Below, piece after piece: positions 34,601 to 49,600 of a stretch of 64,000 bases of DNA (positions are counted from its first letter, which is position 1; every line of letters starts with the position of its first letter). The notes beneath the pieces are model-generated. The model saw nothing but the letters and a program-made list of their open reading frames with translations, was not told the origin of the DNA and did not search any database. The translations under genes and the position numbers were made by a program. This stretch comes from Ascidiella aspersa (Eukaryota): assembly GCA_963924565.1 (NCBI GenBank), contig OZ004608.1, positions 14,012,001-14,076,000 of the forward strand, given 5' to 3'.

Positions 34601-37600
34601 ATCGCCCAACTTCACCACTGTAAGAACGTGGCGTTAAAAGTATATGGGTGCAATTTATGCCGCCATGGCATCCACGTTCTTGTGACACGCACAACATAAA
34701 AAAAAAACTAAAAAGCAGTAAATTCCCCCCGCAGACTATTTACCGTGTATCGCGTGATGACGTTCTCGGCGGCCACCATGTACAGCTGGTCGACGTCGAG
34801 GCCGAGCAGTTTAACGACGGGAGCGAGAAGGTGCGCCGACTTGTCGTCCAACTCGGGGCCAATGATCTTCCACGCCTGCGCCGCGTCGCCGTACAGAAGC
34901 GGGTGCAGCGGCAGCCTGCGAGGTTAAGAAGGAATATGAGCGATCGACGGCGGACGCCAAAATGGGACTTCCACAAGAAAACTGAAACATATGACACACT
35001 AAATGAGAGCACTCATTGCTTGAAAATTTAATGCGTGTCGCAGGCTGCACAAAATGTTCTTACAGAGAGCGTCTCTCCCTTGCTGTAAAGGCACTTTTGA
35101 TGAGCAGTACACTGAGCTCCTAATCTAAATAGATATATTTGTCGCTATGCATGCGTAATCCTTATCAAGCATTTCGATTCCTGACCAAAGTATTTTGTAT
35201 ATATAGTCGAGTGTCTCGTTATCGAATCAAGAACCTTGCAGTACTGCAGCATTCGATTTGCTTTACCTCTCGGCGGCCAGCTTTGAGGACGACTTTGGAG
35301 CGAAGTTCTCGCGGTGATCTCGGTGCCACAATCGGCGCGATTCGAAGTCGCTCGGTTTTTGGTTACGCTTCACTTGGCGCAAGCAGCTGATCAGTCCCAA
35401 GCCCTGCGAATCCAAGTCAAAAAAAATTTGATAAGCCAAATCTAGCACATGTAATGTGTATACGAAAATATACGTCTGGTTGGGCAAGACCGACATACAA
35501 CGGTCAACTTGGGTTAATCGCTTTTAAGGGTCAAGGGTTAGGACAACTTTTGCAAAAATTTTACAAATTTATAGATATCAGAATGTATTAACTTATACAG
35601 GTTTACAGGTGACACAGATAAACGTAAAGCGCTTTGCCTAATTTGGGGAAGAAACACAGGCGAGGGTCATATTTTACATCAGCGCGGTTTACAATCTGTA
35701 AAGACATTCTTTATTTTTAGACCGTTTAGTAAGGCGTACGAAACAGAAAAATCTATTTTCCAAGATGCTTTACATCAGTGCTTTTCAACCCGTGGGATGG
35801 TACGCACTTATGATGAAAAAAATTGTAATACGGATGAATGTGCGGATGAAAATGGTGCATATAATTATTTTTCATTATGTGTAATACAGTAATCCAATAA
35901 GGTGGTGCGCCAACTTATGCCTTACGGATACAACAAGATAGTCTCTTAGTGGTTCAGTGAAGCTATCTATTTTATATCGATTAAGGGCAACGGTTTTAAT
36001 ACACAAACCTATTCATTGGTATTTCACAAATAAGGAAAACTATAAACTAAAGGAAGCAAACTGACTGTGCTTGTTTCGCGCCGATGAAAATTTTGCGAAA
36101 TAACAAAGTGCGAACGGTTCTTTTTAAAGGTTGAAAAGCACTGCTTTACAGTAACTTGAACCCTCCAAGGCATTCGAAGTTGCACTGTACTTTGCACACC
36201 ACACAAGATAAAATCACAATTCAGCAACGTTCGTCCCAACGCACCTTGGTCACGTTCAGAACGCCCCTGGTGGCCGATTGGCAGGATTCGATGACGTAGA
36301 GCAAAAACTCGGCTCTGTCGTAGTCGTACGGGGTCACGTGATTGTAGAGGCAGTGCTCGAGTTGACGACGCAGTTCGTACTTGTCGCGGATGTGCTGCAC
36401 GAGCCAACCTGACGCAAACGACAGGGGAAGAGTCAGCTGGTATAAACTACAGAGCAGTGTTTCTCAGCCTTTTATGGCTAGCGTTACCCCTCATAAATAA
36501 TAAATAGATTGCGGCACCCCGTTAGATTTTTCTGTAGGTAATTCACTACAGAATGTCACAATAAACGGAACTGGAACAACACACATCAATTCTACACAAT
36601 ATAGGAAGTTATTTGCATTCATTCCACTCTAATCTAACACAAAAAGTTGTAGAAGTTAAGGAAAAATCAGATTCCCAAATATATTGCGGCACCCTCGAGG
36701 ACTAAAAACGGCACCCCGGTTAAGAACAACTTCTATAAGTGTGAAGAACGTGGAGTCGTCGATTCAAACGATCACATATAAGTACGCATATTTTTTCATA
36801 GAAAGCATTTTTGAATTAAGCAAACGGGAAGGAAGTGATTAGTCATGTAACAAATAGTTTATAATGGTAGTTTGTAGCCCGAAAGGCAAGTTATTCCGAC
36901 CAAGTGAAAAAAATCAGACGTCGATAAATTGATTTTCGGATTTTCGGTGTTTTGAAAATTACCGAACGAACAAAAAGCTGACCATACAATAGAAAAACTA
37001 AACTCTGTGAGCACATATATTTTAATAATATTTATTTTTTACGATTGATGTGCGTTCATTTTAGAATGAAGCTTGGTATTCATAAATGCATTTAACATAT
37101 ATAATATATATAATATAGTGTATATACGTCTTATGGATATCAATAAAATGAATATAATAGACCAAATATCATATAGCCAACTTACGCAGTTCTTCTTTTA
37201 CTTTATTCCAGGGGAAGGTTTCTTCGTCGTCTTGCTCTTCCCGATTGTTCGAAGACGGCTTGGCCGTTTTGTAGCTGTGTCCGACCGCGAGCAGTGCAGT
37301 CGACGAGCGAGAGAACTCGATCATGCACGTGTCAGGCGAATGAGGGCTAGAGGCCTCTGCGCCGCTCAGGATATCGGCGCCGAGCAGCACTTTGACGAAC
37401 TGTAGCAGTGACTGGTCACGGTCAAGGCCGTAATCGCTGTAAAGATGAATTGCGCTCACTTTAGGTGGCAACGCTACTGCTTAGCTTGCTTAAACTGCAA
37501 GTGTTGGGCGCCTGACACAATGTGGTGGGCGACGAGTTAATAATCTTTGGGCGCTAGTTTCTGATTTAGGGGTTGTGGTGAGTTTATGACTCCCTCTATG

Positions 37601-40600
37601 AGTGGATTTCTGTATATACTCCTCATTTTAGTTGCTTAAATAAGTAGTATGGGCTGGTAGAGTCGGACCTGAACTCGAGATTTTGACGGAATCGGCCAAG
37701 TTCGAGTTTATTTTTTAATCTGAGTGGGACTCAAGAGTAGGACTCGGGTTGTGTTAACCGACTCTGCAGCCTTTCTTAAACGAAACATCTACTATATGCA
37801 ATACGATACGGACGCCAGGTAAAAACAACTTGTACTATTGAGTCAACTGCTTACTGCTTAAACACTTCATCTTACTTGCAGTAGTCGAGGATAATCGCTC
37901 CAGTCATCTGAGGATGGGCGAGAATTCGCAAGAGGAACTTTTGCTTCCACTGTTGTGAAGAGCACACGAAGCTGTCGACTGCGATCTGAAGAGGATAAAT
38001 TGACAATACTAAGAGTAATGTGTTTTTTCTACATTATTTAGTGCTAATCGACCCGTCTTGCTTTCTGCCTAGTGGAAACACTAAAAACAAATTAAAACAG
38101 TTAAGTTGTTCCCAGGATAGCACCTATAAAACCACTCAGTATTACCTCACGGGATTTACGCTAGGAATTTTGCAATCATTTTTTAAGGGCTTCTAACTGG
38201 GTATTTTAAGGCTGTTTTTAAAAATCGTTTTGGTCAGTTTTGTATTAAATTTACTCATATCTTTATTTATTATACGATAAAAGCGAAAAGTTTCCCTTAA
38301 AATGAGATACACCAAGTTAAAAAAACAACTTCACAACCATCAATATTTGCGGCCCGCCTAACTGCTTAATCTGAATTCCTCTTTTTAGCAGGGGCAGCAT
38401 TTACAGAATGGTTAGTGGTTACACAAGATCGACTTGTCGAAAATTAGCAAAGGTCCTACTGTAAAATAACGTATAATAAAATAAAAACAATTTGTTAAAT
38501 TTATAAATTTAATGTTGTCAATCAAGTTAAATAATCGAGTATTAGCAAAGGTGTAACCTAATTAACCTGCCCATTTTCTGCAAAATATACCAATTTCAGA
38601 CATACATACAAAAATGTTCAATTACACGTCGTACGTTATAATGTAATACACAGTATATATACTGTTATTTCAAATCACAGCGAAGATTCGAACGACTTAC
38701 CTGTAGGGGCGATAAGTTCTGCGCCCACTTTGAGTCGAGAAGCAGCGATTCAAAGCGAGGAACGCGGGAAAGCAAGCTGTGCTTGCGAGCAACAGTCAAA
38801 CCGGTTTGAGCGACCGCCTATAAAGGTAGAATATAGTCTTTTATAAGTGGATCCTCCAACCAATTGATCAAGAGTAATCTAAATTTAGGTTTTTATAAAA
38901 AACTACTTGTTTTTTTTTATTTTTAGCTCGACACAATTCAACAAGACATCTTTGAGACAAATTGTGTCAGTGCGGCGATCACTCAATCGCGGCCTTGGAG
39001 AAGGTTTGGGTTTTTTTTCCTTATTTAATTATTATTTACGTGTTTAAATATAAGCTCTATATTGTAAACAACTAAACATATAACAAAAAGCAGGATTTTA
39101 ATTTCCGCCGATAAACATTTCAAAAAGTTGCAGTTTATGTGGTAATGCATATTAAACCAAAGATATTAACAGGCGCTTTTAACCAGAAACGATGACGCGC
39201 TTTCTGCTTTCCACTTAAAATACAAAAACATCCTTGTATAGAAAAATTTAGGTTCGGTATATTTTTATCAGGTGAACATCCGCTCACGCTGATCCGCTTG
39301 AAGTTCTTGCCGGCGCCCTGATAAATGTTGGTGAGAATCTGGAAAGAGTGCTCAGGCTCAAGATCAAGCAGCAAACCAATCGCAAGCGCCACGTCGGGTT
39401 CGCGACTCAAAAGCACCTGGGTAAAGTGACACGAATTATTATTTATCATTATAGGCAAGGTTCTTAACTTAAAAAAAAATTAAATATTTATTTAAACAAG
39501 GGTCTTGACTTAAAAAAAAAATATTTTATAGACAAGGGTCTTAACTTAAAAAACGAAAACCTAAGTATAAGGTAAGGTTCCCAACTTAAAGAAACAACTT
39601 ATTATATCATTATAGGCAAGTTTATTAACTTAAACAAAAAATAAATATCATTAGAGGCAAGGTTCTTAAGTTAAAAAAATTGAAATATCTTTATAGACAT
39701 GGTTCTTAAGTTAAAAAAAACTTAAATAACATTATAGGCAAGCTTCTTAACTTCTAAATATCACTATACCCATGGGTCTTAACTTAAAAAAAAAACTTAA
39801 ATATGATTATAGGCAACGTTCTAAACTTGAAAAAAAAACTTAAATATTATTATTGCCAAAGTTCGTAACCCAAAAAAAACTTAAATATTAGTATTGACAA
39901 GGTTACTAACTTAAAACAACAAAACTTTAATATCAATATAGGTAAGGTTCTTAAATTAAAAAAACAAGAGAGGTCGATTTTTAACAGGTTTTTTTTTTCG
40001 GACAAGATTGCATCCTCCAACTTTGAGTAACAAAATATAATATTTATGATAATATTCGGATTAGATCGAACACTGGTCGGTTTTTCACTATTGCCTGCAG
40101 CATTACAGAATTTAGCCGATAAGAACAAGTAATTTATTTTCTTGTTCAAGTATTGTAAAGAAGAAGGATTTGTCAGATAATATCTCATTTACTCATTGTA
40201 ACATTGACTTATATTAGTGCTGTTATCAAAGGAAATTTGCTTATATTAACGTTCCACAAAACGACGTTTTAAACTACACATTGCTACTTAATGCCTCAAT
40301 AGAGAAACTTACTTTTTCAACAAGGGTCTCCAGAAAACCTTTAACTTCGGTCCCTCCCTTTTTCATTGTTGTAAAAATAATCGCCTGGATCGATTTGCGG
40401 AGCTTGCTGCCGCGCTGTAAACACAATGGGAACGATAATTATGAAAAATGATATATTTTTGTTCTACGTATCTTGGTTTATTACTAAAGGTAATATATTG
40501 ATGACGAGCTCAAAGTTAGGATCGCATGTTTAGAAAATAATAAGTCTCATGCCCAAGAAAACCATAATTTGATTTGAAAGTTCTCCAATTGAATTCCATT

Positions 40601-43600
40601 GTGTTAACAACAGTATGAACCCACTTAACACTGGAAAGAAAGTATTTTCCAAAACAAGCAATACATCGACCTACAACACTACTTTGCTCACACAACCACC
40701 TTACATGCTACATTGCTACATTTCAATTAAAAATCATATCGAGGATTAACGGACTCGGTGCTACCACCATAAGATGACAAGTGCGAATCTATCAACAAAA
40801 CCACGATTGGGGTAAAAAACGACCACCAAATGCTAAAACTTAACCGACGTCGTAGAATGACTTGTGGTTGGAGAGGTGGCTAATGAGTGTGTAGCGGCAC
40901 TTGACCACCAGACGCATGGACATGGTGCATCTGCGCGCGTTCAACAGATGCTCGACCAGTTGCGCCGACACCTCGCCCAGCTTTCCCACTGTCGCCTTAG
41001 CTGCGTCCACGCTGACGGGCTGAGTGCAAGCCAACGATACTCCTGCAGCAGACAAGATATATAAAATATATAAACTGTTGCTATCAGGCATAGTAATATA
41101 AATAAAAAACAGCCCCTCTGGTAATTGTAATTATTTACCAACGTTTCGGCAACCTATGCGGGTCGCCTTCGTCAGGGTGAATGACACTGAACAATCTTGC
41201 CTAAAACGTTGGTAAAAAATAACAATTACCAAAAAAGCTGTTTTTTGATTTATAAGATATATAGAATGTAGAATCATAACTCAAAACAGCGACTCTTCTG
41301 TTGGAGCATTTTTACGAAGTTTGCGTGTTAAGGTTGGAGGCTGTGGATTGATACGCTTGTGTGGTTAGCGTCGCAATACCTACCACCATGTCAGGCGGTG
41401 GTCCTTGACCTTTTTCCTTGCTGTACCCCTTTCAAATCACTAACCAATCCTGGCACCCCCTTCTAGAATTGCTTATATAAATAAAACATTGTAATTTTAT
41501 TTTTATACAACAAGTAATAACACAGTAATACAATACCAAAATGAGAGTTAGTTTTACATTTAACTGAGCAAAGAGTAACTTACAGTAACACATTTTCTGT
41601 GTCTGATTCAGCATCCCCGCACCCCCTTGGGAACAGCACCCCTGGTTAAGAACCCCTGATGTAAGTAAACGCGATCTATTGCAAGCGTGAGGGGATTTTA
41701 TAGCACCCTATTTATGTTAATGACGTATTGATGTACAGTACAGTATTCCTACTTTCAGGCCAAAAAGAGAAACCAGTGTTTCACAACTGATATTTGTGCC
41801 ATTAAGGGTCTATATAACACAAAAAATTGGTCCAGCTTATTTGACCCGTGGGAAGTCGCCCTTTTGGATTATAAAATGGCAGCAAGGGTCGTTACATGTC
41901 AGTTCACCATCCCATGTAACCAATGGTTTCAGATTCTCAAAAATGAACAAGTCTCTTTGAGAAAAGTTACGCATTTATTTTATTCAATTATTTTTTATTA
42001 AAAAATAGGGATGTTAATAGAAGTCCCGGTGGAAAACATCAGTTGGCCAAGTGCAAATCCAAGTGATCGTCATACCAAGTCAAACCATTGATATCAAGTA
42101 TAATTATAGTATTAAAACTTGTCCTATACTAAATGATTTAAACCGAAGTCAAGCCATTGACCTAAGACAACGCTGAATTATATGGTCAAATAATTCAAAC
42201 GCAATTGTTTTCTCAAATCTTTACCTATAAAATAAAACCAGTTGGATTAATACTAAAACAATACGGTCGGAGCACGTCAACAAAAATCGTCAAATCATCG
42301 ACGGAGGATTCTACCTTTTTCGTTGATGAGACAGGTTCGCAGTTTGCCGATCAGCGGAATGAGTTGGTCAGCTTCGAGGTTCAGTCCGTCTTCTTCCCTG
42401 TACCAGCCGTGCAACCACTCTGTGTGATCGAACTGGGATCGCTTTACCTTGGGACCCGACGTCATGCACTAGCGCGATAAAACAGATAAAAATGGTTTAA
42501 AATATGTGGATATTAATTGTTATAAACTATAGACTGCAATCGGGTGCACGTCAGTCATAACTAAACAAAATAAAAGTATTCATCAATAAGTGTCTCCTTT
42601 GAGAAGATGTTCGATATCCGTTATGTAACAAATTGTTATCCTACCACGGTTTGTTTAGTAAAACAAAACCAAAGTTACAATCTACCGATACGACAAAATA
42701 ACAAAACAAAAAATAAAAAAAGAGGTCTCTTGTAAATAGTTACTGCCCTTTTTCCAAGAAACAGAAAATTATCAATACAAAAAGGTGAAGCAACCCAAAG
42801 TATTGACAAACACACGCTAACCTTATATTTCGAGTATGACATATTAGCATCATTAACCTTTTCGGGCATCACCACGAATTGAAAAACAACGGTCAACAGT
42901 AGAGGACTTTACACCATCGATAGAGGACATTTTACAAACCGTTGTCGCATACCAAAAATAGTTCTTGCAAAATAAGTCGTTTTAAAAACATGCCACTAAG
43001 TGGCGGTGGCTCCGGTGTGCCGCAGCACCATGGTGTGCCATTTCTAATGCCTAATGGTGCCGAGAGATATTTCTTTAAGAATTTGATTGTTGCTCAACTT
43101 TTACAACTTTTTTTGTAAAGATTAGAGTGGAATAAATCCAACTATAACTTTCTACGTTGTGTAGAGTTTGTGTGTTGTTCCAGTTCCGTTTATTGTAAGA
43201 TCCTAGTGAATGACCTACGGAAAATTTGTAGGGCTGCCGCAAGCTATTTGTTATTTCTGAGGGTGCCGCTAGCCATAAAATGTTGAGAAACACTGGGCTA
43301 TCGTAACCAAAACAAGTACAACCAACCTGCGAGAGCACCGCCTTCTTGTTGGTATCGCTGGCTAGGAAGAGCTGTGCGGCGATGTTGCACAGATCGTAGA
43401 GCGCCATCACGTTAAGAAGGTCGTCTTCGCGGCAACAAGTCGACGCCAGGCCAGCCAGGGAACGGAGATCTGATTTGGAGAAAGTTAGATCTGATGCGAA
43501 AAACGTAAATTAATGCCGGAGCATGGTTAGATTTTTGGCACGTATTCAAAAAACTTTTTTGCAGGCCCTCTAGTGCAACAAAGTTTATTTTAAGAGGAAA

Positions 43601-46600
43601 GTTGGCCCCTTGACAAAAAAGCTCAACATGCACAACACGTGAAAATATCCAAGTGGAAAATGCTGCTTGGAAACGTCAGAAGCGATAAACGATTATGTGC
43701 CTATAATCATTTGCGCTGTGGTATTTTCTGGCTTTAATACTCTCGTTTAAACATATGTAACAAGGTTGCTCAACTGGGTCCCTCGGCCCTCAAGGGGCAA
43801 CACGGAACAATCTTTGGGGGATCACGAGCATATAACATTTTGATTATTCGTCAGTTAAACTCAGATTTGTGACAGATTTCCCCTGTGACGTTCCGTGACG
43901 TATTTATCGGCAAGTTGGGCTAACTTCAACGGAATAAAATAATTCCGAATGGGATTACATATCCGCGGACGAAACCTATTTTCCAGCATTTAAAACGCGC
44001 AGCAGGAGACATTTTTGGGACAAAACTCACTTGGCAGCTGGCGAAAAATGATGTCGGGGTGATTTTCAAGTTGTTGGAAAAGCAAGAGGGCGACCCTGTG
44101 TAGGGTCCCAGCAGTAGATGCGGAAGGTGAGGTGTCAAATAAATCTCTACAAAGTTGAAAGATACATAACATATTGCAAATGCGACACATATGCGTGACG
44201 CAATCAGTTATATGGGTAATTTTTATTGCTTAACTTAACACATACGGCGTGTTTTAGGATTTCCCTTATTGGAAGGAGGGGCCAATAATATGATTTACAT
44301 ATTCTTCACAAGAGTAACATGCGCACGGCTGTTTTCGGACATTGCTAAAAAAAACTAAAATTTAATATAAACATGGCCAACACGTTATTGTCTTTACTAA
44401 TACTTGATTTTGAGGCATAAAGCACCACCGTTCAACTCGAAAACAAATTTCATTACTTCAGTTAAATCAGAATTAGGCAAAATTGATACTAAAATTTCAA
44501 ACAAATTTTTTGAGGGAATAAAACAAAAAAAATATTTTATAACTTAAAAGTTAAGTTCCCATTAGATATAGCGCCTCGCCTATATTTGCAAGTACTCATC
44601 GGGTATTATCGGACACCACATCAATGGTATCGGTTGTAAATCCTCGTCGAACAATTGTTAAGCTCATTCACCTGCAAAGCTTTATTGCGGCTTCGGCTTG
44701 GCACTTTTTGGCCGCCTGAACGGCGATCTTGGATTGCATGGTTTGCTGCGGTACCTGCAGCAGGCGGGCCAGGAATATCACCGACGCGAAAGTTTCACGA
44801 TTCTTAGGAGTCCTTGCGTCGCCTTGCGCTGCATCGGCTTCGTGGAGCTGATTGCTGCTGCAAAACGGAGAGTTTTCTTAAAAACATGGGGGGCTGCTTT
44901 ACTAAATAGAAATCATCTGTACTGTAGAGGTGTTTAATGAGACATGTTTTCGAAAGGCAGTAGGTTGGGAGGTTTTCGCAAAGCGTAGAGCAAATTTGAC
45001 CGTTTATGCAGCAACATTGTCATAGATCAGAGGTGTCCAACTCAAACAGGCAGGCGTGCCAATTGTATCTTACAACTTCTTCCTGTGCCAAAGTTTGGTA
45101 AATAATTCGTTCTAATATTAAAAGCGCTTTTTTGCCAATAATAAAGCGTTTATTTGCACATGAAAAACATTTCTTTATTTAATCAAGCTAAACATTTATA
45201 TTATTGACCAGACTGCCTCTTTGCAAAGGTTTGTTTTCAGACAAACTCTGCAGATTGGCCTTAACTGTGTAGTAGCAGTGCGCATTACTGCATCTTAAGT
45301 GTCCGTCGGTGAGCTGACTTTTGGTTCTTGTTTTTTTACACCAAGCTTTATAATTATGTGAATGCTAGCCTCCACTACAGTATAATGTTATAGTATCAGA
45401 AGTAATTGTTAGTTGTCGTGATTGCCGCGATTATTTTATATAGTGAATAAACAATGGCAATTACCTGTATACGAATTTAGCATTTTTTGACAGTTAGCTA
45501 AATAACAAATCTAGTAGTTTTGAAGGGCTTACGTGCTATTTTTATTAGGTCGCGTGTAACATTTGTCACGCGTGCCGCATGTTGGACACACCTTCCATAG
45601 ACGCTAAAACTACTATTTTTCATACACGATATTTGTGTCTTCTACATATCGCTATAATTAGACACTAGACAGTCATTCCAGCAGCTATACGAAAAAAATA
45701 TCCTTTTGCCTTCCTTTTTCGAGGCAACCTTAAACACGAGGATATATTGTTGTTTTTAGCGACCACACAGTTTAAAAAAATAGGCAAAAACTCAAACCTT
45801 TGGTTGGCGATTATCGATTTGCTTGCGTCGAGCTCGGACACCTTAAAAAAATGTAAGTTTGGTCTAACAATGGTATTTCAAAGTGGTAAATAATTGAGCT
45901 TTATTCTCACGTTAGTCTGAACGATGGCGGCCTGATGCGGCAACCCGGTGTGATTGCGGTAATAGGTCACGATGTGGTTGTTGAGTATAGCGTCCCTGTG
46001 ACGCTTGTCGTTATAGTCGTTCACAGAAACCAGCTCACCGTACTGACTCTGAAATACAGGTTTGATTCAGGAGAGCTAAAACAATTGAAATATATCCAAA
46101 TCAATCCGGTCGTTTTGGAGGAGTTCAAAAGTGTGACATTACATATGCCTTCACACAATATTTCTACATTAAGCAAATTTGTTTTGTCACATAATTGGTT
46201 GTTATAGTTGCAAACGCTTTAATTTAATAGAACTGCTAAATAGTTGTTAAATTGTTAAGATACCAAGCATCAGTATTAAAATTGTTAGGATACTAAGCCT
46301 CAATATCTCACACAGGAAAACAATCTAAAAAGTTATCCGCGATCTAAATTACACTTTCACCTAAAATACGTTTTAGACGAGGTATACGATGTTTTAACAC
46401 ACTAAGCGGCGTTGGCCTAACGTGGGACAGTCTAGGAATTATAATTAGAAGCGCAACACAAAAAATAGTTTAAAAACTCGAGTATTGTACAAAAAAATAT
46501 GAAAAACAAAAAGCAACTTGGCGTAGCACAATCTTTTCGATTTAACTCATACAAATTAGGAAAAGCGCAAAAACGTGATAACCCAAAGTGGTAAATAGCA

Positions 46601-49600
46601 AAAAGTCTGTTTTTACCACCAGAGCCCAAAATTAGCATTGAAGTTCCCAGCTCACCTGCAGGGAGTAGATGTTCCTGTACATTTCCAGCGCGTCCTTCCA
46701 ATCGCGCAGCAGGGCGACGTCCAAGTGGCCGGGGAAGTCCCGCAGCATGTACTCGACCATGCTGATGGCACTCTGGGCGTAGTCGGCCCGCTCGCCGGTC
46801 CACACTGGGTCGGTCTTCTCCAAAACCAGGAAGGCACGGCACAGGACCCGCTTGACCAAGGTGACGGCAAGGTCGGGGTAGCGGACTAGGAGCTCGACGC
46901 ATTCGAAAATCTGATTGTGGTTGAAATTTTAAGTTTGAGCTTCGGGCGGAGAACATTTTTACTTTTTATGCTGGCATTACCAAGCTAATTATTATTGATA
47001 GAAAGAATTTCACTGAGCTTGTAAGGCACACTTACGTACTTTACTTGTAAATCGTTTCTTTCTGAACAAGCTTGTAATCGATTAGATTCATTTACCTATT
47101 ACGGAGTAATTTAAACGTTGACCCATCAGTTATGGCGGAGAACGTTTTTACTTTTTATGCTGACATTACCAGACTGGCAATTTCAGACTATGGAAGCAAG
47201 AACTTCTCTGAGCTGTTCTATGCGGCACATTTACTTACTGTACTTGTAAAACGCTGCGTTCTGAATACACATGCAATCGATTAGATTCCTTTACTCAAAA
47301 AGAAGACAATTTGCAAATTAATTTTGCAAATTAAAGTTTTGAAATTAAAAAATCAAGAAGTGAAATGGTTTGAAAGCTGTCATTCAATCAGCTTACAACA
47401 AATCATCGCTTACTAGAAGTGTATTCCTTAGTTTATTTAAATAATTTAATCTAACTTTATTCTAGTCTCCAAAACAACATTTTCATAAAGACTTCAGAGC
47501 GCATTTTAAAGGTTGAAATTATAAAACAGGACATAATTTCAATAAAAATATAAAAGCCATAATATTTGATAAAAGCGACATTTCGCAATTTACAGACGTT
47601 TCAGCAATAAAGGACATAATTTTCTCCAACAAAAAATATAACAGTTTAATTGAAACTTTCAAACAGTATTCGCAACCTTTGGCTTTGACCTTTGATATAT
47701 CTTCAGGACACACAGTCACACACACATCACCTTACTAATGACAGACATGTTTAACCTGAGCTGCGTAAAATTGGGATCGCAACCGACGTAATTCTAAAGG
47801 TATACCTTCTTTTTCTTGATGAGGTGGTGCACTTGGTAGATGTAGACGGCTTCTTTAGGTTGGCTGGAAAAGGTGTGAGCGACTTCGATTGCGTCGCATA
47901 AAGCTTCCTCGCTGTCTTGGTTGATTAGATAGCGGACGAATTTCTGTTGAATAACGAATACGGTGTTTTAACGACCACCTGCACGGTAAACGGTATTTTG
48001 AAGTGCATGCGCGCCATTTCGACAGTCAGCCGCCCAGCTACGTCACGTGTCACATTCAAAAACCCAATAAACGATTTTTTTTCGCGCCTCGCGCGATTAG
48101 ACTATACTTCAGTTTTCAAAAGAGATCGTTAGACAACAACAAGCATGTTTAAGAATAATTGTTCTATCTTCTATGACGTCACGTTATGATTTTGTACTGG
48201 TGGCCGTGAGATAAATAAAGACTGTCAATGCGGCCGTAAAGAGCTAAAAGGTTGGGCACCCCTGGTCTAAACCCTACCAAAGCGTATTTTTGTTCTTAAT
48301 TACGCGACTGCAGCTTGTGCTTTATTTGGCTGTATAGGAAACTACGTAAAACTGTTCTTTTAACAATAGTCACGGGTTGGAATTTGACCTGTTTACCTCG
48401 TTACCAATTGCGTCACGCTTGAAGAACTCGCTGACGTTGTACTTGGCGGTGATGGACGGGATCCTTTCAAGGTGGACGTAATGCTGCAACTCCCTGAACA
48501 CCTCGCTTTGCCACTGGAACAAAAAAAGATCATAAGATCAAGTTATTCAGTAGGTCCTATAGGCAGAGCAACACTTGCGGCAGAGCAATAATAAAAATTG
48601 AAAAATCAATTTTGATTATTTTGCTATTGCAAAGACACTCATCTTAAAACTAAAACTAATACGAAAAATAGGAGGATACTTCTAGAACAAGAAGTATTTT
48701 GGAACAAGAAGGTAGTTAATTTAAAATGTTAATACATAATCAACAGAAAACTCGGATTGTAATATAGTTTACACTAAAGGGTGGATTAAACACTCACAGC
48801 TGGTTCCGTGCGCGTGCTTTCCGATTTGGTAGACTCTAGCGCAGCTTTCACCAGATCAGTGACGTCATTGGACCAGGGTATCGACGCTTTTTTGGCAAGT
48901 TTGGCAGTGGCTTCGGCAACAACCTGCGAAAATCAACTTTAAATTAAACGAATTAAATAAATGCGGCTAAAATAAAATGCAGCTGGAATCAAATCGGTCA
49001 CAAATTTCCACAATTTTTTTTATTCGCTTAACTTATTCAATATGTTATTTTTTCATCGAATCGTTTACTGCTGCTTGTCTCGAACTTACCTTATCGTTTC
49101 TCATGCACCTGATGACGGCGATCACTTTTCGTTCTCGTATCGATTGGAAGGCTCCCCGGGAATTCTCGTGACACCCAGTCAGAGCATCCTTGTGGAAACA
49201 AGACGCGAATAAGTACAAGAGGAAATACCAGTTTTGATAGGTTTACAAACACAACAAAAAAAACAAAATACTGGTCGATATGGCAGTAGTGGTTGTTTCA
49301 TAAACCCTGTGATGAATCGACCCTGGTAATTCAAAGCTATATTCACCGTTGAAAATAATTCTATACCTCCCCTGTAAACGTGTATGTTACCCTTTGCAAA
49401 ATACACGAAAACAATAACAATAAATTACACGAAAAAAAATTACCCTTTGAAAATAACACCGCCAGAGTTGACTATTTAAAAATCAGAGTTTAAAAATCCT
49501 AAAAAAATTCTGAACATAAATTCTACCTCGATGTACTGCAAGAGAGTCTGGTCCTCGTTGAGCTTATGTTCTTTCATGTAAGGACGCAGCGTGGTCTCTA

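Noticed and set aside
41290-41390. Penelope GIY-YIG C-terminal remnant (NLNTQ) next to the hammerhead
   Set aside because: Only a few residues match; this is not enough evidence.
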